A stretch of 41,547 nucleotides of DNA. Origin: Acidimicrobiia bacterium (GTDB lineage Bacteria > Acidobacteriota > Terriglobia > Versatilivoradales > Versatilivoraceae). Position numbers and translations under genes: made by a program. The notes below the pieces were generated by a model, which had not been told where the DNA came from, did not search any database, and worked only from the letters and a program-made list of their open reading frames with translations. The stretch is taken from positions 1 to 41,547 of the forward strand of contig VFZK01000003.1 of assembly GCA_016871215.1 (NCBI GenBank). The letters are read 5' to 3'. Numbering within the stretch: position 1 is the first letter of the stretch; the number at the start of each line of letters is the position of its first letter. Positions 28,933 through 38,500 of this stretch are shown in pieces.

Positions 28933-29196
28933 CTGGACAAGCTGAAAAAACGCATCGAGACCGGACACTTGAAAAACTCCGACAAGATTCACCAAGTGCT
29001 CGGGCGACTACAGGAGCGCTATCCGCGCGTGGCGCGTTATTACCCTCTCCACTATGAGGCGGAGCAGCAGAAGCTTTCCTGGCGTGAAGAGGCTGACAAG
29101 AAAAGGATCGCTGAAAAGCTGGATGGCAGCTATGTGTTGAAAACAGACCGGCTGGACATGACGGCCGACGAGATCTGGCGCACCTACATTTCGCTG
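28933..29196 (+). mobile_element. Internal fragment of an IS1634-family transposase
   Basis: LDKLKKRI...KIHQVLGRLQERYPRVARYY...LDGSYVLKTDR...EIWRTY resembles the pre-catalytic-Glu region of IS1634 transposases; no ends visible. Confidence 0.72.
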
Positions 29197-29310
29197 CCTG
29201 GATTCTAGAAACTTAGCAATCCGGTCGAGCACCTGCTGGCGGGCTCGCAGATCTTTGAGGGAAAGAGATTTCGTGTGGCCAATGAGATTGTTGCCATCGA
29301 TCACGTACAT
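29185..29310 (-). pseudogene. NYN (YacP-like) domain protein, N-terminal fragment
   Basis: MYVIDGNNLIGH...ARQQVLDRIAKFL is an NYN-like start; the sequence switches to antisense transposase after ~42 aa. Confidence 0.7.
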
Positions 29311-29388
29311 CCGTTGAGCGCCTTCGCCAGGACTCGCATGGACACAGCCTAGCGACCGCTTGACCTCCTGGGCTTTGGCGCCTGGACA

Positions 29389-30531
29389 TCAGGGCCCAGG
29401 CGCGCTTTGCACCTCGGCGACCACCTGCTCATAGAACGCCTCATAGCGTTCAATGATCCGGTGAGAGCTGAAACCGTCCTGCGCGCGGTGGCGGGCGTTC
29501 GCACCCAGTTCCGTGCGTTTCGCATCATCCGAAAGGATCTCGACCGCTCGGGCAGCCATGCCGTCCACGTCTCCGACCGGAGCCAGAAACCCATCAATCT
29601 CGTTCCGAATGACCTCGGGAATGCCGCCAACGCTGGAAGCGACCACCGGAACCTCGCACGCCATCGCCTCCAACGCGACCAACCCAAACGATTCCGTCTC
29701 GCTGGGCAATAGCATCAGGTCAGAGATCGAAAGAATCTCCCCGATCGAGTCCTGTTTCCCGAGAAAAGTCACCTGGCACCCGAGCCGTTTGTTCCGCACC
29801 AGCCACTCCGCATTCGAGCGCTCGGGCCCGTCGCCGACCATCAGCAGGCGTGAGGGAACGCGCTGATGAACCCGATCGAAAATCTCAATCACGTCCATCA
29901 CGCGTTTTACCGGACGGAAATTCGATACGTGCACCAGAATGCGCTCTCCCCGCGGTGCGAGCTTGCGCTTCAGGCTTTCGTCCTCCGAACGGCGGAACAC
30001 ATCGCAGTTCACGAAGTTGGGAATCATCTCGATCGGACGGCTGAGATCAAACTCCCGATAAGTGAGGTCGCGCAGGTAAACGGATACCGCCGTGACTCCA
30101 TCGCTCTTCTCGATCGAGAACTTGGTAATCGGCAAATAAGAGCGGTCGTTCCCGACCAGTGTGATGTCGGTCCCATGCAACGTGGTGATGACCGGCAGCC
30201 GGTGCGGCCGCAACATCTCTTTGGCCAGGTAAGCGCTGACGGAGTGCGGGATGGCATAGTGAACGTGCAGCAAGTCCAGACTTTGATTCAAAGCCACGTC
30301 GGCCATTTTCGTCGCCAGCGCTAGCGCATAGGGCGGGTGTTCGAAGAGAGGATAGTTCAGCATCTCGACTTCGTAAAAATGGATACGTTCGCTCGTGTAG
30401 TTCAGCTTGATGGGAACCGCGTAGCTGATGAAGTGGATCTCGTGGCCGCGCGCCGCAAGCTCTTTCCCGATTTCGGTGGCAACCACACCGCTGCCACCAT
30501 AGGTTGGATAGCACGTGATCCCGATCTTCAT
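29389..30531 (-). CDS. bshA: N-acetyl-alpha-D-glucosaminyl L-malate synthase (GT4)
   Basis: MKIGITCYPTYGGSGVVATE, HVHYAIPH, TTLHGTDITLVG, HVSNFRPVKR, ESFGLVALEAM. Confidence 0.96.
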   Translation of the reverse strand: MKIGITCYPTYGGSGVVATEIGKELAARGHEIHFISYAVPIKLNYTSERIHFYEVEMLNYPLFEHPPYALALATKMADVALNQSLDLLHVHYAIPHSVSAYLAKEMLRPHRLPVITTLHGTDITLVGNDRSYLPITKFSIEKSDGVTAVSVYLRDLTYREFDLSRPIEMIPNFVNCDVFRRSEDESLKRKLAPRGERILVHVSNFRPVKRVMDVIEIFDRVHQRVPSRLLMVGDGPERSNAEWLVRNKRLGCQVTFLGKQDSIGEILSISDLMLLPSETESFGLVALEAMACEVPVVASSVGGIPEVIRNEIDGFLAPVGDVDGMAARAVEILSDDAKRTELGANARHRAQDGFSSHRIIERYEAFYEQVVAEVQSAPGP

Positions 30532-31250
30532 AGAGCCCGTTCCTTCTCTGTGAAGAAGCGAACGGGATCTTCCACCGCCAGCGCTTCTTTGCAATAGAAC
30601 GCCTCGGCGTATTTCGTCTGAATCAGCGTGCCGTAGTAGCGATTCAGGCCTTCCAAGGCAGGCAGAAACTCGGGAACGCTCAAGTAGGTCTGGGGTTCGA
30701 GCGACTTCGGATCGAACAATTGCGACTGGAAAGCTTTGACGGCCTGTATCTTCTTGTCGAACTGGCGTGTGATGTCCACGAAGAAACTGGGCTGCAGGGT
30801 GTGTGGAATCATGAAGTAGAAAATCCTGGCGGGCCGGAAGCGCTGCTGGTTCGTATCGATTTTGGCCAGGCCGGAGAGGTAGCACGCCTGCGCCACGATC
30901 CGGCTGGTGTAGATGTGATCCGGATGCCGGTCGTCCCAATAGTGGGTGAAAACCAAGTTTGGCCGATACTTCCGCAAGACACGAACAACCCGCAGCCGCG
31001 CTTCCGGAGTGTCGAAGATCGAGCCGTCTTTCAGCTTCAGGTTCTCGCGAACGCTCAATCCCATGATTTCGGCTGACGCCTTCGCCTCGCGCGCTCTTAT
31101 GGCAGGGGTGCCGCGGCTGCCCAGCTCTCCACGAACCATGTCGACCACACCAACGCGATAGCCGCGCTCTGCCAGCTTGATGAAGGTACCGCTCACGGCA
31201 AGCTCGATGTCGTCGGGATGCGCGCCAATCGCCAGTGCGTCAAGTTTCAT
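30528..31250 (-). CDS. bshB1: Bacillithiol biosynthesis deacetylase (PIG-L family)
   Basis: GAHPDDIE, GELGSRGT...R..EA, DRHPDH, SGL.K, YAEAF; 4-bp overlap with bshA. Confidence 0.93.
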   Translation of the reverse strand: MKLDALAIGAHPDDIELAVSGTFIKLAERGYRVGVVDMVRGELGSRGTPAIRAREAKASAEIMGLSVRENLKLKDGSIFDTPEARLRVVRVLRKYRPNLVFTHYWDDRHPDHIYTSRIVAQACYLSGLAKIDTNQQRFRPARIFYFMIPHTLQPSFFVDITRQFDKKIQAVKAFQSQLFDPKSLEPQTYLSVPEFLPALEGLNRYYGTLIQTKYAEAFYCKEALAVEDPVRFFTEKERAL

Positions 31251-31686
31251 CGAGGCTCGTGGGTCCAATCTCGATCAGGCGTTGGTCGTTTCCAAGATCG
31301 TGAATTCTCACTCTAACAGCACCGGGCAGGTCGACGTTGCCTAACTTCTCCGCCCACTCCACCAGAATCACTGCCCGCTGGGCGAAAATCTCTTCCAAGT
31401 CCAAAGAGCGCAGGTCCTCTCGACTCTCCAGCCGGTAGAGATCGATGTGAAAAACCTTCACGCGCAAGTCGTACTCGTTGATCAGCGTGAACGACGGGCT
31501 GGTGACGTCGTCTGGATCAGGCTGTCCAAGGCCGCAGACCAGACCTTTGGCGAATACCGTCTTGCCGGCGCCCAGATTTCCTTCAAGAAAGAAAATTGCA
31601 GGCTCGTTCAGCGATTCGCCGATGGATTTCGCGACTCCAAAAGTTTCCTCGCTCGAGTGCGAGACGATCGAGCCGAAACGCATCAC
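31240..31686 (-). CDS. tsaE: tRNA threonylcarbamoyladenosine biosynthesis ATPase
   Basis: GNLGAGKT, VTSPSFTL, HIDLYRL, VEWAE. Confidence 0.95.
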   Translation of the reverse strand: MMRFGSIVSHSSEETFGVAKSIGESLNEPAIFFLEGNLGAGKTVFAKGLVCGLGQPDPDDVTSPSFTLINEYDLRVKVFHIDLYRLESREDLRSLDLEEIFAQRAVILVEWAEKLGNVDLPGAVRVRIHDLGNDQRLIEIGPTSLDET

Positions 31687-33356
31687 CGTGTGGTGGAGGC
31701 CCTGTCTTCGAGCCTCAGAAACGCAGCCGGCAGGCAGGCCATGATGTCCGAGGCCAGGAGCGATTTCTCTCCTTGCCTCTCGGCGGCCTTGTCCCCTGCC
31801 AAGCCGTGTAGATAGACACCGAGCGCAATCGTCTGTTCCAACAGCCTGGACTCGGAGGAGGCTTCCTTTGCGCCTTCGCGAAGCTCATTCGCCTGCCGCG
31901 TCGTTTCGAGGGACGGTAGGCCAGCCAAGACTTGGCCCAACAAGCCGGCCAGAATCCCGGCCAGAACGTCACCCGAACCGCCGGTCGCCATCCCTGGATT
32001 TCCGGTCGGGTTCACGAACACTTCCCCCGAGGGCGACACGTAAATCGTGCGGTGCCCCTTCAACACCAGGTGCAATCCCTGCTGTCGGGCAAAGTCACGC
32101 GCGATGCCAACGCGGTTGGCCTGGACCTCGGCAGTGGAACAGCCCAGCAACCGGGCAAATTCCCCAGGATGGGGCGTCAAGACGAGCAGCCGATTCCTGC
32201 CATCCAGTTCCGCCGCGTGGCCCACAAAGGCATTGATACCGTCGGCATCCAGCACCACTGGCACCGTCGTTTCAGCTAGCAGCCGGCGAACGAAGCTTGC
32301 TGTTTCCGTGTGTCCGCCCAGGCCGGGACCAACTACCAACAGATCCTTTTTCGTCACAATCGCGTTCACACGGCCGTAGTCGAACGACCTGGTGGAGATC
32401 CCTCCTGATTCGGTCGCATCCAAGGGCTCGGTCATCACTTCGAGCATCTGTGCCGCAACGACGGGAAGGCACGGCGCAGGCGTGGCCAGCGTTACCAGAC
32501 CCGCGCCCGCTAGCAGAGCCGACCTCGCCGCCAGCGCGGCCGCGCCGGTCTTTCCCACTGAACCGGCTATTGCGAGGACGTGGCCATAATCTCCCTTGTG
32601 AGAATCTCCTTTGCGATGGAAATGCCGGAGCGCGACCGCAGCTTCGTCCTCACTGAGAACGTTGAGCCAATGAGCCGGGACGTCGACAAGTTCGACAGGC
32701 GACCCGATTGGAACCAGCACCCACCGCTGAATCGCAGCTTCTGAAGAGGCGAACGCATGGGCGGGTTTAGGTGCGGTGAAGGTGACCGTCAGCTCGCAAC
32801 GAGGCGCAAGGCAGTCGGCGCTTTCCGTCATCGCATCGCAGTCCAGGCCGGAAGGAATATCTACGGCTACGATTCGCGGGAAGCGCCTCATCTGCTGGAT
32901 GACCGATCCCAGGAAGCCGCTAACAGGCAGGCGAACACCCGTGCCCAGCAGAGCATCGACGAGCAAATCGGCCTCCAGGCCTTGAAAGAGGCGCTGAACG
33001 TGCTCCTCGGTAGCGTCTCGCTCCGTTACGGTCCGAATCGAACCGTTCATCCTCTGAAGGATCGATAGATTCACCGCGGCGTCGCCGCGGATTTCATCAG
33101 GAAAGGCAAACAGCAGCACCTGAGGCTCGATGCGCCTCAACATGAGATGGCGTGCCACCACAAACCCATCGCCGCCGTTGTTGCCTTTGCCACAGCAGAC
33201 GGCAACGCGCAATTGGGTCAAATCCGGAAAATGCGCCTCCATGGCGCAGACGACTCCGCTGCCGGCGTTCTCCATCAGCAAAAGGCTGGGGATTCCATAG
33301 CGCTCGGTGGACAGCCGGTCGACTTCGCGCATCTGGGAAGCCGTCAAGATTTTCAT
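31683..33356 (-). CDS. nnr: Bifunctional NAD(P)HX epimerase/dehydratase
   Basis: LMENAG, GKGNNGGDG, DALLGTG, VDIPSG; HKGDYG, GPGLG, DADG, TPHPGE, LKG, MATGGSGDVLAG. Confidence 0.95.
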   Translation of the reverse strand: MKILTASQMREVDRLSTERYGIPSLLLMENAGSGVVCAMEAHFPDLTQLRVAVCCGKGNNGGDGFVVARHLMLRRIEPQVLLFAFPDEIRGDAAVNLSILQRMNGSIRTVTERDATEEHVQRLFQGLEADLLVDALLGTGVRLPVSGFLGSVIQQMRRFPRIVAVDIPSGLDCDAMTESADCLAPRCELTVTFTAPKPAHAFASSEAAIQRWVLVPIGSPVELVDVPAHWLNVLSEDEAAVALRHFHRKGDSHKGDYGHVLAIAGSVGKTGAAALAARSALLAGAGLVTLATPAPCLPVVAAQMLEVMTEPLDATESGGISTRSFDYGRVNAIVTKKDLLVVGPGLGGHTETASFVRRLLAETTVPVVLDADGINAFVGHAAELDGRNRLLVLTPHPGEFARLLGCSTAEVQANRVGIARDFARQQGLHLVLKGHRTIYVSPSGEVFVNPTGNPGMATGGSGDVLAGILAGLLGQVLAGLPSLETTRQANELREGAKEASSESRLLEQTIALGVYLHGLAGDKAAERQGEKSLLASDIMACLPAAFLRLEDRASTTR

Positions 33357-33420
33357 CGGGTCAGCCTGCCGCCGTCAGCCCGAAACTGCCCGTGCAGTTC
33401 TGGAGTTCCGGTGGCCTGGA

Positions 33421-33448
33421 ATCTTAGCGGAGCAAAGGGCAGAGTCAA
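33421..33448 (-). promoter_or_regulatory. Putative sigma70 promoter of the nnr-tsaE-bshB1-bshA operon
   Basis: TTGACT-16 bp-TAAGAT on the minus strand. Confidence 0.55.
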
Positions 33449-33483
33449 GACAAATTGCCCCCGAGAAGCGTCGTCTTCCTGGG

Positions 33484-33512
33484 TTGACATCCCTGGGTGA
33501 GTCTCTTACAGT
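33484..33512 (+). promoter_or_regulatory. Putative sigma70 promoter
   Basis: TTGACA-17 bp-TACAGT. Confidence 0.65.
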
Positions 33513-33595
33513 TTTATTTGACTCATCCGCACGGCATGCATGCCGATGAGTCATTGAGGTCGTGAGTTCAGTCGAAGACAAAAACGGGTTGGACG

Positions 33596-33871
33596 ATGCG
33601 GAACACTGACGTTTACTTTCCAATTCTCTTGGGCCTGGCGTTGTTCCTGATCGCCGTGTTCGTCGTGGCGTTCTTCAGGAATCGCTGGCGCGCTGGTTTG
33701 AAACAAAGGCGAGGGCACAAAGTGGATGCGAAAGAAGAGTTCTATTGCGTGCGAAGCAGTTTGAAGCAAATCAACGAGAGTTTTCACGTCGCGCAGATCG
33801 TCTTCACCAACCGAAAAGACTGCACCTTGACCGCGCAAGGCGAAGTACGCTGCCTCTCTGCCGACGAATAA
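33596..33871 (+). CDS. Small single-pass membrane protein, unknown function
   Basis: 91-aa ORF with hydrophobic helix FPILLGLALFLIAVFVVAFF followed by basic residues; good upstream promoter. Confidence 0.6.
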   Translation: MRNTDVYFPILLGLALFLIAVFVVAFFRNRWRAGLKQRRGHKVDAKEEFYCVRSSLKQINESFHVAQIVFTNRKDCTLTAQGEVRCLSADE

Positions 33872-33905
33872 CCCGCAGACCGTCCGCTTGTCTTGTTTGC
33901 TCCAT

Positions 33906-34787
33906 TCACCCGAAATACTCTTGAATCTTCCCCCGCAGAAAGGTGACAGACTCCTGTAGTTCCGCCATGCCATTCACGCCGTCCTCGATGGAGACCCAGC
34001 CATCGAATCCCGCGGCTTTCAGAATAGAAAAGATCTGATTGTAGTCATTCAGCCCTTTGCCAATCACCCCGTGCTTGAGATTCTTGGCGTAGCCGAGAGA
34101 GCCGTCTTGAGTCTTCAAGTCTTCCAGCGTGCCGCTCTCCAGATAGCGATCCGAAGCGTGCATCGTCACTACCCTGTGCTTGACGGCCTCCAGCAGCACC
34201 AAGGGATCTTCGCCTGCCACAATGGCGTTGGAGGGATCGAAGTTAACCCCGAACCACGGCGAATCAATCTGACCGACTATCTCCAGAAAGACCTCCCGTT
34301 TCTGGGCAAACTCCGGGTACCGCCAGTAATTGTCTTTGTAATGATTCTCCATGATGAGGACGACGCCTCGCTTGGCGGCATGATCGAGGCAGGTTCGAAT
34401 GCAGTCCACCACCCACGCTACGCCCTGCTGCCTGGAAACTTCCGGGTAAGCCTGCCCGGACAACACACGGCAGAATCTTCCGCCAAAACGAGCCGTCAGA
34501 TCGATCATCGCGTTCTGCTTCACAATTTCTTCCCGCCGTTGCGCTGGATCGGCAATCGTGAAGTTGGGCGAGTAGCAGAGCATTGGCATTTCCAGTTTCT
34601 TGGCCTGCAACGCCTGTTTGACGCGCTCGAGGGCCGGCGCTTCGAGTGAGTCGACAAATCCAGAGTAGAACTCCAACCCATCGACGTCCAAGGTAGACGC
34701 CATTTCGATCCACTCGAAGATCGTCATCGAATGATCCACGCAAAGAGCGTCCATGAAGCACTTCGGAAAAGCAGCGAGTTTGACCAT
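33906..34787 (-). CDS. Sugar phosphate isomerase/epimerase family TIM-barrel protein
   Basis: DGLEF, MENHYKD, NFDPSN, TMHASD, IGKG, WVSIED. Confidence 0.88.
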   Translation of the reverse strand: MVKLAAFPKCFMDALCVDHSMTIFEWIEMASTLDVDGLEFYSGFVDSLEAPALERVKQALQAKKLEMPMLCYSPNFTIADPAQRREEIVKQNAMIDLTARFGGRFCRVLSGQAYPEVSRQQGVAWVVDCIRTCLDHAAKRGVVLIMENHYKDNYWRYPEFAQKREVFLEIVGQIDSPWFGVNFDPSNAIVAGEDPLVLLEAVKHRVVTMHASDRYLESGTLEDLKTQDGSLGYAKNLKHGVIGKGLNDYNQIFSILKAAGFDGWVSIEDGVNGMAELQESVTFLRGKIQEYFG

Positions 34788-34866
34788 AGGCCGGTCACCC
34801 GGGGCACTCGGCGGCCAGTACCAGACTCAGAATGGAACTAGGACTGAGAGCCAACTGCAACACACG

Positions 34867-34948
34867 AAAAAATAGGCAGCCGATAAATGTTCTCGAAGGA
34901 AAAGCGAGTCAGGGCTAGAGCTCTGACGACCCATTTATCAGCTGCCTA
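34867..34948 (-). terminator. Long stem plus U-tract downstream of tRNA-Gly (terminator-like, branched loop)
   Basis: taggcagctgataaatg / catttatcggctgccta, a 17-bp stem on the minus strand followed by T6. Confidence 0.55.
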
Positions 34949-34951
34949 ACT

Positions 34952-35026
<75 letters not shown>

Positions 35027-35038
35027 ACTTCGCGAAAA

Positions 35039-35067
35039 ATACTAGTGACCGGGTGCAGAAATGTCAA
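35039..35067 (-). promoter_or_regulatory. sigma70 promoter of tRNA-Gly
   Basis: TTGACA-17 bp-TAGTAT, 12 bp upstream of the tRNA. Confidence 0.75.
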
Positions 35068-35505
35068 CCGATTTTCTGGCGCCGCCAAGGTCTGCTCGAG
35101 GTTCAGCAGGCCCTTGTTTGAGGCCGCGCTCTTGGGCGCAGTTGATCGCTGCGCAGCCGGCCCTGCAACGGTCGGCGGGAACTCCCCTGACATTGCACCC
35201 CTCCACGAAAAGCTCGATCGAACACAATCCCGGTAACGATTGGAAAAAGCCTTTGCCTTTTCCAGCTGCGTGGGTCAAGATTAACCCGTTCTAACAAGTC
35301 CTGACCTTCAGTTCCGGCGCACTGGCGTGCGGCACTACAAGCACCTGCGCGTCGCGCGCATGTCCCCGTGGGAAAGGCGCAAGCTCCAGGTTCTCGAGCA
35401 GGCAGGAACTGCCGAGTGGAGGCGCCCAGCCTGCCAAGGTTGGCGACTGCCTGCCGTCATGCGTCGTTGTTGGCGAGAAATCCGGGTTAGAGTATCCTTT
35501 GCGGC

Positions 35506-38500
35506 ATGTTCTGTTTTTCGAGGCTCTCCTACATCCTTCTCATTCCGGTTTTCGGCTTTGTTTTCGGTCTGCGAGCTGGCCTTGCTGCGGAATCGAACGG
35601 GGCGGAGTACTTTGAGAAGCACGTTCGCCCGTTGCTGGCCAAGCATTGCTACGCTTGCCACTCGGGATCGAGCCAGCCAGCACCGGGTGGCCTGCGGCTC
35701 GACAATGAGGTTGATCTGCATCGAGGCGGCAGCCGCGGCCCGGCAGTCCTTCCAGGCGAGCCTCAGCGGAGTTTGCTCATCTCGGCCATCGGCTATCAAG
35801 ATGAAAGCCTCCGCATGCCGCCTGCGGGCAGACTGTCGGACGATGAGATTGCTGCGTTGACGTCTTGGGTCAAGATGGGCGCCCCGTGGGGAGCGCAACC
35901 TCCGGCCGGTGCCGGTAAGCTCGTTCCCACCAGAACCGGCTTTTGGGCTTTCCAGCCTCCCGCAGAGACCGCGGTTCCGCGCGTCCAGCAGAGCAGCTGG
36001 CCGAAATCTCCGATAGACCGGTTCATTTTGGCTGCGCTTGAAGCCAAAGGTTTGAAGCCTGCCCCTCCAGCCAACAAGCGAACCCTCATTCGTCGCGCAA
36101 CTTTCGATCTGACTGGCTTGCCTCCGACGCCAGAGGAAGCCCAGGCGTTTCTCGCCGACGCCTCGCCCGAGGCCTACCCACGCCTTATAGACCGGCTGCT
36201 GGCCTCGCCTCGTTATGGCGAGAAGTGGGGACGGCATTGGCTCGATGTCGCCCGTTACGCCGACTCGAACGGCCTGGACGAGAACCTGGTCTACAACAGC
36301 GCGTTTCGATACCGCGACTATGTGATCGACGCTTTCAACAGCGACATGCCCTACGACCGCTTCATACACGAGCAACTCGCTGGGGATCTCTTGACTGACG
36401 GCCGCGATGAAGCCACCCTCTACGCGCGGCAGACGGCCACAGGCTTCCTCGCGCTCGGCGCGAAGATGCTCGCCGAAGACGATCCGGTCAAGATGCAGAT
36501 GGACATCATCGATGAGCAACTCGACACGATGGGTCGAGCTTTCCTGGCTTTGACGCTCGGGTGCGCGCGCTGTCACGACCACAAGTTCGACCCAATCCCG
36601 ACCTCCGACTACTACTCTCTGGCGGGCATCTTCAAGAGTTCCAAGACGATGGAAAACTTCAAGGTGGTCGCGAAATGGCACGAGTTCGTCCTGGCCCCTA
36701 AGGCCGACCGAGACCGCCTTGAAGCACACAACCACCAGATCGAAGCCAAGCAGAAACAAATCAGCCAGCTATCCGAGCCAGCCAACCGGCAAATCGCCGA
36801 TCAGGCGCGGGAACAAATCGGGGCCTATCTGTTGGCCTCTTCCGATGTCTTGCGGTACGAAGTCATGGCGCTTCCCTCGATCCTCGGGGATTTGGAGACA
36901 GCAGACAAGCCAGGCATTCTGACGATTCCGGCAGTCCGCTTTTCGCGGGGAAACATAGATCGAGAGTTCAAGAGAGACGCCGATGATCCCAATCGGCTCG
37001 TTGATTCGAAGGTGACGCCACACTTCGCGGAGTATGAGGTCGTGTTGCCTGCAGGCGGAAGCTACCAGCTCGAAGTCCGCCGGGCTTCTCCCCAGTTTCC
37101 GACGGTCGACGTCACGATTAACGGAGTACCGGCACAAGCGGGGACGCCGCCAGAGACAAACCGTACCAGCTCACCGGACGCCAAGCTTTGGAAGGCAATT
37201 GGCATTTTTGCGTTTAGGCAAGGTCTGAACACGATCCGGTTGGAGGTCGATGGGCCGTTTCCGTATTTTGACGCGCTCCTGGTTGCGCCGAGTCCGCTAG
37301 CGACAGAGGCTGTGCTGCCGAAAACCGCAGCCCAGCTCGCCGTCGAGTACGGACTCAACGCGGATATCCTCTCGCAGTGGGCTGACTATCTGCGCCGGTC
37401 AAAGGGCGCTCCCAACTCGGCGTTTTACGCCTGGCACGCTTTCGGAACGCCGGCTTATGCTTCGCTGGATCAGTGGACTTCACCCGTAGCCCGTCTCTTC
37501 GGCAGCACCAGGCCTTCGGCGCGACGCGCTCTCGCCGATTTCTATCAAAGCCTGTTCAACCGTGCCGAGAGCGCGTGGCAAGCGATTGCGCCCGCCTCCA
37601 CACGGGGCCAAGAAACGGCAGCCAGTGCGGAGAAACCTCGAAACGCCAAAGCCGAAAGGACCCTTGACGACCCTGCCTTGGAGGCGCTGCGTCAAGTGCT
37701 GTACGAAGAGTTTGGCCCTTTTCGCGTTCCCCCAAAGCCTCACCGCTACTATTCCAGCGAAACCAGGAGGGAGTTCGAGCGGCTGAGCAACGAGCTCAAA
37801 ACGCTCGAGGCATCGACGCCGCAGTTCCCGCACGCCATGGGCGTCACGGAAGGCCAGGTTAACGACTTAGAGATACACATTCGCGGGAGTCATCTTAATC
37901 TAGGCCGGCGTATGCCCAGGCGGTTTCTCACTGCCATCGCCGGAGAAGATCAGCCGCCGCTTGCCGCCAAGCAGAGTGGCCGTTTGGAGCTGGCTCGGTG
38001 GCTCACGCAATCGGATCACCCCCTCACCAGCCGCGTCATGGTCAATCGAATTTGGCGGTGGCACTTCGGAAAAGGCCTTGTTCCTTCTACGGACAACTTT
38101 GGAAAGTTGGGCGAGCCTCCCGTCAACCTGCCTCTCCTCGATTGGCTGGCCAGGGAATTTGTCCGGCGCCACTGGTCTATCAAAGCCATGCATCGCCTCA
38201 TCATGCTGTCGAGCACGTACCAGATGAGCGCCGTTTCCAACACCAAGAGTGCTGAGGTCGATCCGGAGAACAAGTTGCTGTGGCGTGCGAACCGGCGCCG
38301 CCTCGATGCCGAAGAGATTCGCGACGCTGTCATTGCTGTGGGCGAGGGGCTCGACTTTGCAATGGGCGGGTCGATGCTGGCGTTCAAAGATCGGGAATAT
38401 GTCACCGGCACGAAGAATCTGGATTCCACGAATTACAACGCGAATCGCCGCTCCGTTTACCTCCCCATTATCCGCAGCTCGCTTTACGAGGTCTTTCAGG

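Noticed and set aside
30532-30939. 135-aa N-terminal extension of BshA
   Set aside because: Overlaps bshB1 in another frame; the canonical BshA start MKIGI is at 30531
35335-36759. 474-aa minus-strand ORF
   Set aside because: Antisense shadow of the PSD1 cytochrome gene; no recognisable domain
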